Shown: in pieces, positions 37,406 to 51,331 of the stretch
How the letters are laid out: every line of letters starts with the position of its first letter
Numbering within the stretch: the first letter of the stretch is position 1
Origin: Octopus sinensis
Lineage: Eukaryota
Assembly: GCF_006345805.1 (NCBI RefSeq)
Contig: NC_043005.1
Span: 65,286,001-65,350,000, forward strand
Direction of reading: 5' to 3'
Length of the DNA: 64,000 bases
Position numbers and translations under genes: made by a program
The notes under the pieces: generated by a model
What the model saw: only the letters and a program-made list of their open reading frames with translations
Databases searched by the model: none
What the model was told of the DNA's origin: nothing

Positions 37406-39194
37406 ATTTTATTTTTTTACTCTAGGAATAAGACCTGAAATTTTGGGAGAGGGGGTTGCCGATTACATCGACCCGATTACCCAACTGGTACTCTTTTTAT
37501 CGACTCGGAAGGATGAAAGGCAAAGTCGTCCTCGGCGGAATTTGAACGAATGAAATGCTAGAGAGGGACTAAATGCCGCTAAGCATTTTGCCCGGTGTGC
37601 TAACGATTCTGCCAGCTCACCGCTTTAAATGTAAGTGTACATTCTACAGGAGAATATATTCAGTAGTCCTAGTTCTTAATGTTGGGTGCTGCACATGGTA
37701 GTACAGGCAGATGTTTGCATCAATCAGTGAATTATGAATCATTCTCTAGAATGCACACTCAAGCGACAGCAGTTCCCATGAGTTGTGATAAGCTTGGGTC
37801 ACAAATGAGATCTCGTGGCTGACTTGAGTAGGCTGTCATCTCCACAGGCAGCAGAGATTGTATATCCTACCTTTGTTTGTGTGCCATTTATACCTAGAGT
37901 GGTGTACATACAGGATATCAGCGGCCTGGAGCTTGAAGTTCATTATAAGAGGGTAACTCTGGACGTAATAAGATAGGTAATTTTTTTCTGTTCATTGACG
38001 CTATGTTTACGCGTGTATTATATATGTATGTGCTCGTGTGTGTGTTAGTATATATCCATATCCATGCGTATACATACGTTTATGCATTTATGCATGAAAA
38101 GGGAATTTATAAATATAATAACATGGCACTTCCCCGGTGAGATGGAGAAATGAATTTTGCATGATCTTTAGAAACGTAACTGTTCCTACAGAAAAGGGTC
38201 TGCTTCGTAGAAGCAGTTTAAGACTAGAAGACTTCATGATGTCAATAGTATTCCACTACATTAAACCTAAATCGTACGGAATGCAGAAAATGTTCACTCG
38301 TTACTAATCGCATGGTCAAAGGGCGAGTTTATAGCCCAAAAGTATGATCTGAAAACTGACTCGTAGAAAATGAACACGGGATTACAGACAATAGTTTTAA
38401 AATACTGTCTTTTACTTTATATATTAATTGTTTGAAGTATCCAGAGAAAATATACTCTTTGAATAGTTCTATGTACATTTGTCTTGTTTTGTTTTTAATC
38501 TTTTCATGACTCAATCTCAGCTCCTTTTTATGGTGTATTAAATTTATTTGAGAACGCATTAGTCCATATAATTACCGCAGATTGAGCGAGGAATTCTTTT
38601 CTTTTCTTTTCTTTTATTCCGAATGAATTTGTTTAGAAACATAAATCGAAATCATTGAATTATGATAAACACGCATCAAATTTCTTGGTTTCTGAGTGCT
38701 TGCTGCTGAATGGCTGATTTGCCCCAAAGAAACGTAATTGGTATTAATGCCGCTGGTTTTTAGAAGAATTTTATGATAGCTTTCCGTGCTACCTGGCTGT
38801 TTTACGAACTCGAAATATTGTTTTGTTGAATTTTTACGTGATAAAGTTTTCGGTATTAATTTTCCTATTTTTCTGTATGTTGGTCTTGAGAATTTTGCAT
38901 ATCCTTTCACTTTGGAGCTATCGTTTATAGAATGAAACCTTCTTCCACCCCCACCCCAAGATTTTCATCCATTGTTTCGCTTTTGCTTCAAGGTAATATT
39001 AATCCCTTTTTGTGCACTCTACATTCAAATAAAAAATTTTCAGGCATAAATTTTGTACATATATTCTATGTTGTATATGTTCTAAGTCTTTTGCGAATGA
39101 ATGAGTGGCTACAGAAGGAGAGAGAGAGGTTATTTTGGGCGAATCAGTCTCTCGTTACACTGTTTCACTTGTGCGTGCACAAGATCTTCAAGCA

Positions 39195-39232
<38 letters not shown>

Positions 39233-39265
39233 GAAAGAAGGTTTGAAAATGCAATTTAAAAGATA

Positions 39266-41159
39266 TTTATTTACTTTACCGATTTCACTCTTTGGAAAAA
39301 GATTGTCAAAAGTAACATGTGGAAGTTTGGTTGCGTTAATTATTGGTTGTTGCAAATTGCTACATTACATATATATATACAGTCTTTGGTAACAGGGACA
39401 TGTTAAGGACATAAAAAGTTCAACAAGTTCCTTAAAATATTGGGCAAAAAAGATTACATAAATAATCGTTCTCAAGGACATACTTAAGATAGTTTCCAGA
39501 AGGAATTGATATTGATACTGTATCTGTATATTCAAACATGCACAGAATATTGGTTGACACAAAGTACTATAATCCATATAAATATACAGTCTTTGGTGAC
39601 AACAGTATGTTGAGAATATAAAAAAGTTTAACAAGCTCATTGAAAAAATTAAAGATTAAAACAAATATATTATACATCTCAGGGTAATTTCCAGGAGGAA
39701 TTATTTAAAAAGTTCAGTACAGAATATTATGAGTTCAAAAAGATTTACATTAATGTAGTGGTGAGGTTGTTACTAACCTGTCCGTTTTAGCAGAAATGTG
39801 GAATTGAAAAGGATGTACCCGTTTTTTTTCTTTTTTTGGCTCTCCTTCAAGCATCAATGATTTTGGGGTTAGGATGAGGTGAATATGAGTGTCTCTGCGT
39901 GTATGTGTGTGTGCATACATATACATGTTGTGTGAATAGATGTGTCTGTGTGTCTGTAGTATTTGGTCAGATGGTGTCTGTTTGTCAACCGCGTGTGTGG
40001 TTGTCATGGTGTTGTGTGTGTGTGTGTGTGCGTGTGTACGCATGTATGTGTGTGGATGGCATTTGACATGGTGCTGTGTGTGTATATATGTGCCTGTATG
40101 GAGGTGGGATTGGTGTGAGTGTGTGTGTCCCTGTGTGCATGCACATACACGTATACACACCATCCTACCCCAAAAAATTCTTTAAACAACACACATCTAT
40201 TTACACCACCCTGGAACCAATAAAAAAAGCCCCCCCACACACACACACAGACACATGTATACGTGTATGTGCACGCACACAGGGACACACACACTCACAC
40301 CAATCTCACCTCCATACAGGCACATATATACACACGCAGCACCATGTCAAATGCCATCCACACACATACATGCGTACACACGCACACACACACACACACA
40401 CACACAACACCATGACAACCACACACGCGGTTGACAAACAGACACCATCTGACCAAATACTACAGACACACAGACACATCTATTCACACAACATGTATAT
40501 GTATGCACACACACATACACGCAGAGACACTCATATTCACCTCATCCTAACCCCAAAATCATTGATGCTTGAAGGAGAGCCAAAAAAAGAAAAAAAACGG
40601 GTACATCCTTTTCAATTCCACATTTCTGCTAAAACTGACAGGTTAGTAACAACCTCACCACTACATTAATGTAAATCTTTTTGAACTCATAATATTCTGT
40701 ACTGAACTTTTTTAATAATTCCTCCTGGAAATTACCCTGAGATGTATAATATATTTGTTTTAATCTTTTCTGCCCATTTTTTCAATGAGCTTGTTAAACT
40801 TTTTTATATTCTCAACATACTGTTGTCACCAAAGACTGTATATTTATATGGATTATAGTACTCTGTGTCAACCAATATTCTGTGCATGTTTGAATATACA
40901 GATACAGTACCAATATCAATTCCTTCTGGAACTATCTTAAGTATGTCCTTGAGAACGATTATTTATGTAATCTTTTTTGCCCAATATTTTAAGGAACTTG
41001 TTGAACTCTTTTATGTCCTTAACATGTCCCTGTTACCAAAGACTGTATATATATATGTAATGTAGCAATTTGCAACAACCAATAATTAACGCAACCAAAC
41101 TTCCACATGTTACTTTTGACAATCTTTTTCCAAAGAGTGAAATCGGTAAAGTAAATAAA
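39266..41159. repeat. 1.9 kb palindrome (~890-900 bp arms, 98 bp spacer)
   Basis: 39266-40157 is a near-identical reverse complement of 40256-41159; non-coding. Confidence 0.93.
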
Positions 41160-41202
41160 CAGCTGGGTTCTCATTCCTAAGGTATTTTTCGATGTTGTTG
41201 TT

Positions 41203-41224
41203 GTTATTATTATTATTATGATTA

Positions 41225-41296
<72 letters not shown>

Positions 41297-41315
41297 TATC
41301 ATTGATATTGTTGTT

Positions 41316-41350
<35 letters not shown>

Positions 41351-41411
41351 TATTATTATTATTATCATAATTATGATTATTATTATTTTTATTATTATTA
41401 TTATTATTATC
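41203..41411. repeat. (ATT)n/(ATC)n compound microsatellite
   Basis: Direct reading. Confidence 0.95.
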
Positions 41412-42080
41412 AGATCATCCCATACCAATCCACTGTTTACGACATTTAACATTTCAATAGAAGATCCATTTTTCTTCACCACTCACAAGTCTATCCAGAA
41501 AGGGTGAAATGAGTTTATGAGAATGGAGAGAAGGGCAGATGTCAACTCGGGATTTGCGGTTGCTTTCGGAAAATTCATGAGGCACCAATTTTCCAAGTTT
41601 AGGAACCTTTCCAAGTTGCTTTATTGCCAATTCTTCAACTGATAATCCAGGATTCTCTTCAAGTAATGCCTCAAGGAGTTTATACTGAAACTCAGCTGGA
41701 CGTCCTGTTCGATCTTTATCTTCAAGGCTGAAATTTCCACTTCTGAATTTTGCAAACCGTCTCCTGCAAGTTCTTTCATCCAAGCATTCTTTCCCATAAA
41801 CTGAGAGTATGTTTCGAGTTGCTTCGGCTGCAGAGTTTCCTTTTTTGTACTCATAAAGCATTATGTGCCTCAAATGCTCTTTGGATACTTCCATGTTAGA
41901 AAGGGTTTTAATCAAAGAAATTTAATTCTATTATTCTGTAAAATAATATTTAATTAGTTTAAACGTACACAAATGCATAAAAATAATTTTTAATTCCATT
42001 AGACATTCTAAAATATTATGAAATTTCATTTAATTTTAAAAACGATAAAATCAGACAGAACGTATAGGATGACCTGATAT
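41412..42080 (-). mobile_element. 5' half of a mariner transposon (ORF 41454-41915)
   Basis: MEVSKEHLRHIMLYEYKKG..GRP..LVPHEF..LVSGEEKWIFY; TIR-like sequence at ~42048-42080; 3' part lost at the microsatellite. Confidence 0.88.
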
Positions 42081-42087
42081 TATTATT

Positions 42088-42162
42088 CAGCTCAATGCCT
42101 GGAATCGAAATCGAAATCTTGGTGTGAGTAGACTGCGCTCTTAACCACTACCCCATATGCCC
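42088..42162 (-). mobile_element. Isolated tRNA-like SINE head
   Basis: Reverse complement GGGCATATGGGGTAGTGGTTAAGAGCGC...TTCGATTCCAGG has A- and B-box-like motifs. Confidence 0.55.
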
Positions 42163-43034
42163 TTGGAACTCCTATTATGCTATTGCATAATTTGTCTGAA
42201 CCAAAATTATGGAAACATACAAGACTAAATGTGCACTAACTTATGAGGAAGTGTATTGAGGCAAATATTCTCAATGGCTGTGGTAAAGGTGAGTCCTCGC
42301 ATACCAGTTATACCATCTAATGTCCCTTTCCAATTTAAGAAGTTATAGTTACTTCTCAAAGTTTGTTTTGCCATGAGCATTAAAAACTTTTAGGGCCAAG
42401 CATTAAAAATTGCTGGATTGCAACTTGAAGAACCACGCTTTTCACATGGCCAACATTATGTAGAAGCATCACATGTGAGAGCAAAAGCAAATTTTTTGCT
42501 TATGCATCCCGAAATAAAACAAAAACATTGTTTATAAAGAAACATTCATTCTTAATGCAACATGAATACTTCAATAACTTAATTTGCCATTACTCTCATT
42601 ATATTCAAGATAGAGTAAATTACCTATTTAAATGAAGTGTATAATACAATTGCCAATAGTGTACTGATAAATAAAATAACACATACAAACTCACTTAATA
42701 TTGTCATATAATACACAAACAGATCTTTTTTCCACTTCAGTTCTTACACGTTTTTTTCTTATGAAATACACACATACAGGGTGAGTGAATTATATATATA
42801 ATAACACTTTGAATGTGGCTCCTCAGAAAGTGTAAATATAATTACCCAAACAACGACGGGTATTAGGATATATATATAAAGTTGAAATTTACAGAAAAAT
42901 AAAAAACCAAGAGGTGAGAAACGAAGACAGGTGAGAAAATGAGAAAGTCTTTAGTATTTCGAGCTTATGTTCTTATATATATATGCATGTATGTATATGT
43001 ATGTGTGTGTATATATATATACATACACACACAA

Positions 43035-43067
<33 letters not shown>

Positions 43068-43081
43068 ATATATATATATTC

Positions 43082-43410
43082 TTTATTCTTTCCTTTTATT
43101 CTTTTATGTGTTTCAGTGTTACAGTCATTTGACTGTGTTTATGCTGGAATAACGTCATTTAGTCGAACAAATCGACCCCTAGACATATTCTTTATAAGCC
43201 TGGTACTTATTTTATCGGTCTCTTCTGCCGAACCGCTGATTTACTGCGACGTAGACATACCGACATCTGTTGTCAAGCGATGGTGGTGGAGGCAAACACA
43301 GACAGAAAGACACACATAAATATGTTCATATATATATATATATACGACGGGCATCTTTCAGTTTCCGTCTACCAAATCCACTCACAAGGCTTTGGTCGGC
43401 TCGAGGCTAT
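43082..43410 (-). mobile_element. SINE family A lacking its head
   Basis: Body and tail match; another degenerate copy at ~43930-44290. Confidence 0.8.
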
Positions 43411-44103
43411 AATGTAGTCATATTATATATGACTACATATAATATTTGTAAACAAACCCGAATGGCTTTTGTAAGTTACAGAAAGAAAGCGACTGTGGAA
43501 GTCTCTAATACAATAATAACTATATAATAGTATATCATGGTAATATATATTCTCCGATTTAAAATGACATTTTATATAAACAATTGACTGAAAAATTATG
43601 AGCTAACCCTGGCCAGAATGGAAACCACATATCAACTATTATATAGCTCCATGTGCATCCGATTGGGGCAAACGCTCACACATCAATTTCAGCAAAATTT
43701 TATGAATATATACTTTAACAGTCTAATACTACACATAATATTTGTAAACAAACCAGAAAGAGTTTGTAAGTTAAGGAGAAAAAGCAACTATGGAAGCCAT
43801 GTAAGCATTGATACGTGGGTTCGATTCTGGCTTAGATTAGCTCATCATTTTTCAGTCAATTGTTTACTTAAAATGTCACTTTAAATTAAAGAATATACAT
43901 TATTATGATATTATATATATATGAATCACTCATTATTCCTTGAACTACGGCTATACGGAGGTACCACCGTCAAGGGTTTCAGTTGAACTAATCAACACGA
44001 ATACACATTTAAAAAAAATCTTGTACTAATTTTATCGGGCGTTAAGTTACGAGGATGTAAACAAACCACCACCGGTTCCAAGCAGTAGGGTACAAACACG
44101 CAT

Positions 44104-44134
<31 letters not shown>

Positions 44135-44299
44135 CACACATATATATATATATGGCTCGACAGTATGCTTTCAGTTTCCGTCCACTAAATCATCTCACTA
44201 AATTTTTTTCTCAGGTGCTGTACATAGCAACTGAACCAGAAAATCTATGGTTAGGAAGAAAAATTATTACACGGCTATGCTTGTTTCCATATATTTATG

Positions 44300-44490
44300 G
44301 CCTACTGGTTAGGGTGTTGCACTCAGTATCATAAACTCGTAGATTCTACTCCTGGGCAACTTTTACAGCTGACGTGTGGTACACCATACACCTGCTCAGA
44401 CAACATCAACTTGATGAAGGGTTTGAACTAATGTACAGCACATACATTTGATCACTATAAGCAAATCACTTGAGCAGGTTGTTCAGCAAA
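44300..44490 (+). mobile_element. tRNA-headed SINE-like repeat (family D)
   Basis: GGCCTACTGGTTAGGGTGTTGCACTCA..GATTCTACTCCTGG head. Confidence 0.45.
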
Positions 44491-44962
44491 AAGTTGTAGG
44501 ACCGTTTTTCTCGGACTATGCATGGATATTATAATGCAATTGAACGAATAGGATGCAAGGATGCAATTAAATACTACATCTTAAGACATCTGTGCAGTAG
44601 AAACACGTTTCAGACTAAGACTTAATGTAAATTTATTGTATATAATACTGTAATTAACAAGTTTTTGAGGACATATAATTCACCATTCTTATTTATAGTG
44701 TCTTGAATATACATTGTGCAAGGAATCGAATGATAATTTACCTATGGAGGGAAAAACGATGTAATTGTTCACCTTACGTATGTGCACGTGTTCCATATCA
44801 TTCGATGTGGCTAGCCAGAACCTGGATTATATAAGGGTACTTGTAATGTACTTTTCCAGATTCAAAATCTCTATTCCTTTACGTCATATATGTAACAAAA
44901 TGTCGCATTCCTAAATTTTCTTTCTTGTTTGTAAGATAATATATATATAGATAGATAGATAA

Positions 44963-45036
<74 letters not shown>

Positions 45037-45037
45037 G

Positions 45038-45136
<99 letters not shown>

Positions 45137-45188
45137 GGATGGATGGATGGAAAGATAGATAGATATAGATAATTACATATATATATAC

Positions 45189-45230
<42 letters not shown>

Positions 45231-45276
45231 GTACATACATACACACACATATATGTATATGTATATAAATATATAT

Positions 45277-46315
<1,039 letters not shown>

Positions 46316-46322
46316 GTAAGTT

Positions 46323-46353
<31 letters not shown>

Positions 46354-46394
46354 CAGAGAAAGGATCGATTAATATAATTGATATTGAACTGAAT

Positions 46395-46970
46395 GTAGTT
46401 AGATCAAGAAAACGTAGATGGAGGAAAATCTTGTGGTGCAATTCTCTAAATAGTATAAATGTAGCCACGAACATAGCTAAAATATTTCTGAAACTTATAA
46501 CCACATCCCTCACTCAAATAAAAAGCTCAAGATCTGCAAGATAAATACGATCAAAGTTTGCTTTCGTTGTATCCCAAACAGAGAGGGTCGATCATTCTCA
46601 GCCACAATAAAAAATATCATTTGGAGCATTCCAGAAGATCTTGTAATTGTAGATCTCCAGGTAGCTGTCGTCTGAGCAATAGGTATTTGAAGAAAGAATT
46701 AATGTATAAGGCCAGATTACGGATTTGAACGGAACGAGATAATCATTGGAATGAGGAAAAGCATCTTCAAAGAAGGATATACACAACAGCTGGCTTCTTA
46801 TCATAACATCAACAATGAACAATTTAATATTAGGGTGGATAGCTTCTCCTCTTGCATGCACAAGCTACGATTCATACTTTGCATTCACAAGCTACGATTC
46901 ATACTTTGAAATTCCAAAGATGATCCCTCACCTATTATTCGATTATGTGCACTATATGAAAATTATCCGT
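46395..46970 (+). mobile_element. Degenerate PLE (linker + GIY-YIG)
   Basis: RKILWCNSLNSINVATNIAKIFLKLI, INTIKVCFRCIPN, SCNCRSPGSCRL..LMYKARL, IIGMRKSIFKEGY and RLCALYE in shifted frames. Confidence 0.72.
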
Positions 46971-47740
46971 AATAGTCATCTGCCCACTTAAACTTCTGCT
47001 GGATTTGCTTATTATAGAGCTATTATGTGAAATAACATCACAGAGAAAAATACATATATACCCAAACTTATGAATTCACTTCCCCATCAAGTTTGGCATA
47101 AAACCTGTGCATATAATCAAATATGAGCAAATCATATAATGCATATGCGCATGTGTTATATGTATATGTATGTGTGTGTGAGCGCATATATATATGTGTG
47201 TGTGTGTGTATATGTATATGTGTTTGTGTGTGTGTATGTGTGTATTAGTATTTGTGTATGAGTGTGTGAGTGTTTGTATATGACTGCACATATTTTGTAT
47301 GATATGCGTGTGCACAAACATGTGTATCTATATTATAGATATTGGACGTGCACGAGCGTTCTCGCACAATGTAAGGAATTAATTGATCTTTGGTGAAGGC
47401 AGCTTCTTGCAAAGATTTCAGGACTCATGCAAAGGAAACAGTGATTAAGATATGCTATTACTTCCCATGTTCTGTATATTTATTTATCCCGAGAAGTTGC
47501 ACAGTTTCGTGTAACTTCGTGAATTTGCATCCAAAATGGAGACGGGTGCCAGTGTTCCTATAATAATTGATAATTGTCAAGAGATTCCGGTAAAGAGAAT
47601 CAAGAGATTCTCTTTACATGAATCCATTGGTAGACCTGTTAATCAACAAATAACAAAAATTTACCCAGCAATTGGGCGTTGAACACTCATTCTCACTGTT
47701 TGGCATTAGTGCGCGCGCCGCGTATATATATATATATATA

Positions 47741-48409
47741 TATCAAATGTAGGATAAAATATTTTTCGAAAAAAATTCTTTTCGAAAAAAATTTTATCAA
47801 TGGCCAGTATATTAAAAAATACCTTTAAAGGTTAAATTTATAAACAATTCGTAAATAAGGGCAATCGAAGAAATTTCTAATGCCAAATATGCCGAAAAAT
47901 TGGACATATTGTCCATTAACCATATAATTTTTTCACAATACGCACGCTACTCGAAAAAAGGTCGACAGAAATTTCTAAAAAATTCCATTATTACCATATC
48001 GGACCGATTTCAGGGTTAGCTTATAACAGCCCTCCCTTCTTCAGTGATACATGTGGCAAAAGAAATAAATGAGATACTTACTCATACCCATGGAAGAAGC
48101 AAAAACTAAGTCATGAGCACAATTAAATACCCCAAATACATCCAAAATAGAAATACTCCAGCCCATTCGAGATACGTGCGATTTGAACTGAGGCTCTCAC
48201 AGAGTGAAAGAGTCCGGAAGTGAACGCTTAAATTTATATCAAATGTAGGATAAAATATTTTTCGAAAAAAATTCTTTTCGAAAAAAATTTTATCAATGGC
48301 CAGCATATTAAAAAATACCTTTAAAGGTTAAATTTATAAACAATTCGTAAATAAGGGCAATCGAAAAATTTGGCATTAGAAATTTTTTCGATTGCCTTTA
48401 TTTACGAAT
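47741..48409 (-). mobile_element. PLE-type end with partial tandem repeat and a terminal inversion
   Basis: ~128 bp direct repeat (47741-47868 and 48237-48366); 48367-48409 is an inverted copy of ~47846-47888; HHR inside; (TA)n flanks. Confidence 0.72.
47992..48049 (-). ncRNA. Type I hammerhead, intact core
   Basis: UAUCA-CUGAAGA-AGGG...CCCU-GAAA-UCGGUCCGA-UA-UGGUA. Confidence 0.8.
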
Positions 48410-48425
48410 TACATATATATATATA

Positions 48426-48648
48426 ATTCTTTTACTCATCTCAGTAATTTGATTGCAGCCATGCTGGAGCACCGCCTTGAAGGGTTTTAGTCGAACAAAC
48501 CGACTCCAGGACTTGTAAGTCTTTTACTTATTCTATCGATTTTTGTGCCTGAACCGCTAAGTTACGGGAGCATAAACATACTAACACTGATTTTCAAGTG
48601 TTGATGAAGAGACAAGCACAGACACAAAAAACACAAAAACATATATAT
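48426..48648 (-). mobile_element. SINE family A, 3' half
   Basis: CCATGCTGGAGCACCGCC and GAACCGCTAAGTTACGGG segments. Confidence 0.75.
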
Positions 48649-48877
48649 ATATATATGACCACGTGTGTATCCTTGACGATTTTCTTTCTCATTCTTCCTT
48701 TCCTTGGAAATTTTCTTTTTCTATTTTTCTAACGAAGAGCTCCGCTCGAAGCGTTAGATCCTCCTTCTTTCTTTCTTTTCCTGAGCGTCCAATAATACTA
48801 TACTTGTTCCACGTCCTCGCGTTGTTGTGTTTTCTCTTTGTGTTTTCATGTTTGGATTAACTATATATATATATATA

Positions 48878-49190
48878 TGTTACGGAGATGTACTCGCATA
48901 GCAAGTAATTTGATCTGAGATCGTGTGCTGAAACGAAAACAATTGCAGCGTGGAAGGTGTTTATAAGCCATTTAAGAAACACACAAAAGCCGTTCGATTC
49001 ACTTCAACATTTAAGTTTAATTTGTCAAAATATTTGCCTCTGAGATGCAGCACGGACTTTGTCAGTGAACAGGTCGCGGATTTTAGCGACGAAAATATTT
49101 TGACAAATTAAACTTAAATGTTGAAGTGAATCGAACGGCTTTTGTGTGTTTCTTAAATGGCTTATAAACACCTTCCACGCTGCAATTGTT
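48878..49190. mobile_element. Fold-back PLE-type end (98 bp arms) within (TA)n
   Basis: 48938-49035 is the reverse complement of 49093-49190, with no mismatch that I could find. Confidence 0.85.
49058..49107 (+). ncRNA. Minimal hammerhead with a G3-C8 swapped core
   Basis: UUUGUCA-GUGAACA-G-GUCGC-GGAUUUUA-GCGAC-GAAA-AUAU-UU-UGACAAA. Confidence 0.72.
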
Positions 49191-49221
<31 letters not shown>

Positions 49222-49382
49222 GATATATATTACACAAGTAGAAAATATATTGATAGTGAGTCGAGAACGCAACATAACTCATGTCGTACTTCATGTTATC
49301 CAGATCTTGTATTTGTATCATTTACAATTAAATAAATGCATGCGTGCGTGCGTGTGCGTGTGCGTGCGCGTGTGTGGGGGGG

Positions 49383-49418
<36 letters not shown>

Positions 49419-51093
49419 GTCGTGTTGAGCTTAGAGGTGATGTACTTTACCCGAATTTCCGACTCGAGTCATATAGAACAAAAAGAACATGCCAAATGCC
49501 AAACCCTTGTTATAGTATACGTGTGAATGGATTTAGTACTAGTTAGCTTGTACACGACATAGATTCCTATGAAGTTAAACTAAGTAACAATATTTCGTGT
49601 ACATGTAATACATACGTTTAAAATAATTGTGCAACAGATAAAAAAAAACGATTTCATTTCTTACGCATAGCAAAATATTTTGATATGTTTAACTGAGGAA
49701 GATATTGTGTAAGAAATTAAATTCTCTTTTTTATCTATTGCGAAATTATCTGAAACGTACGTAATAATTGGATTCAAAATATTATAACTTAGTTTGACCT
49801 CATAACATTTTATACGTTTTGCTTCACTCTGGTATATAAACTGATGTAGTTAAACTATATCAGGAAATCTGTGTATGTTAAGGTGTTAAATATAATAATG
49901 AAATGAAATTTCTGTCTAGACGCTCTCTTGTTTACCGGAGTTGAGTTAGCTTGTTATTACTCCATTTGTATAATGTATTTTATTGGTAAAATACATAATG
50001 GTATTTATAAATGTCGCGAAATTTAATGGTGTGTCCAACCTTCTGTGCCACTCACTGGTCTCTTCACTTTACTTTCTGTTGTTTTTTTTATGTAATTTAA
50101 GAAACAGAAAGCAAAAAGCTAGGCTACAGAATACATGATTTATTGGAAGGTTATCTAAATGAACTATCAGGGTGACTGCTAACTGAAATCAATTTAAGCA
50201 AGGTCATGTGTAACAGAGGTTTGTAAATGCCCTTTGTATGTCCAAAGAATTCTATACAGTACACGTTTGAAAGAACAGTTTTTTCATGAGATTATCATTA
50301 ATCAAAGTTTTTGTGTTTCGAAAAATTCCAGCTCAGTTCTCCATGCTCACAAAATATGCGGCGTTTGGACAGTGTACATAATGTTGTTGTTGCAACTACT
50401 GTTCGGTCATTCTTGCTGTAAATAAGTTAAATAGTTAATTATAAATTCTGATATTTGTAATTTCACCGCGTAGCATTACAAAGAATTACTTTGTGAAAAT
50501 AAAAAAAAGACAGGCACAACAAAATTGGAATTCAATGACTATTCGATAAATCTACTAATGTTTAGAGACAACTACTTAATCGCTCGTAAGTACATGAATA
50601 AATCATGCTACTTTATTTCTAAGACAACTAGACCAGAACTATTTAAGTATCTTGACAAGAGGCAGAATGCGGCGCCTATTTTTGTCAACTCAAGCAATAT
50701 ATATATATATAATATATATATATATAATTACACATAAAAAATTGTAAAACATATTTATTATTCGTTTGATCTGCATGACGGACTTCGGAATGGTCTTCAC
50801 AGATCAACAAATGCTACAGTACAGTAGAAGAAATAGAGAGGAGAGCTAAAATCTGTAGGCTAACATTTGGTCTGTCTTTGTGAATTACTTTATGCTGATC
50901 TGTAGGGTGTTTGTGTGTTTGTTACATTACTACCCAGAAGCCAGAAGCAGAAGCAATACAACACAGTGGATTTCATTTTGTCACTCTAGAGATTTATTAG
51001 TAATTAATGAATAAATAATTACCTAGTTCTGAAAACAGAAACATGTGTTTGAGTCAGTTTTTACAATGCTTTAAATGATTACTTTATCATCCT

Positions 51094-51331
51094 CCAAGAG
51101 CAAAAATATACAATCACCGCACATATCAAGAAAACATTCACCGTTCCCATCGATCTCCGCAAAACAACACGAAACTCAAATGCTAAGTTTCACGTTCACT
51201 ACGGATCGATGTTGTGAAATCCGTAGTGAACGTGAAACTTAGCAGTTGAGTTTCGTGTTGTTTTGCGGAGATCGATGGCAACGGTGAATGTTTTCTTGAT
51301 ATGTGCGGTGATTGTATATTTTTGATCTTGG
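51094..51331. repeat. Near-perfect hairpin (113 bp arms, 12 nt loop)
   Basis: 51094-51206 versus 51219-51331 with three mismatches seen. Confidence 0.92.

Noticed and set aside
37680-37960. GC-richer block, possibly an exon or an RTE relic
   Set aside because: No clean splice-bounded ORF; RTE-like similarity too faint to call
46598-46861. Minus-strand 87 aa ORF that looks like a host exon
   Set aside because: The plus strand encodes recognisable PLE CNCR/GIY-YIG motifs, so this ORF is an antisense shadow
50788-50885. Imperfect hairpin, possible pre-miRNA
   Set aside because: Pairing is interrupted and the loop too large
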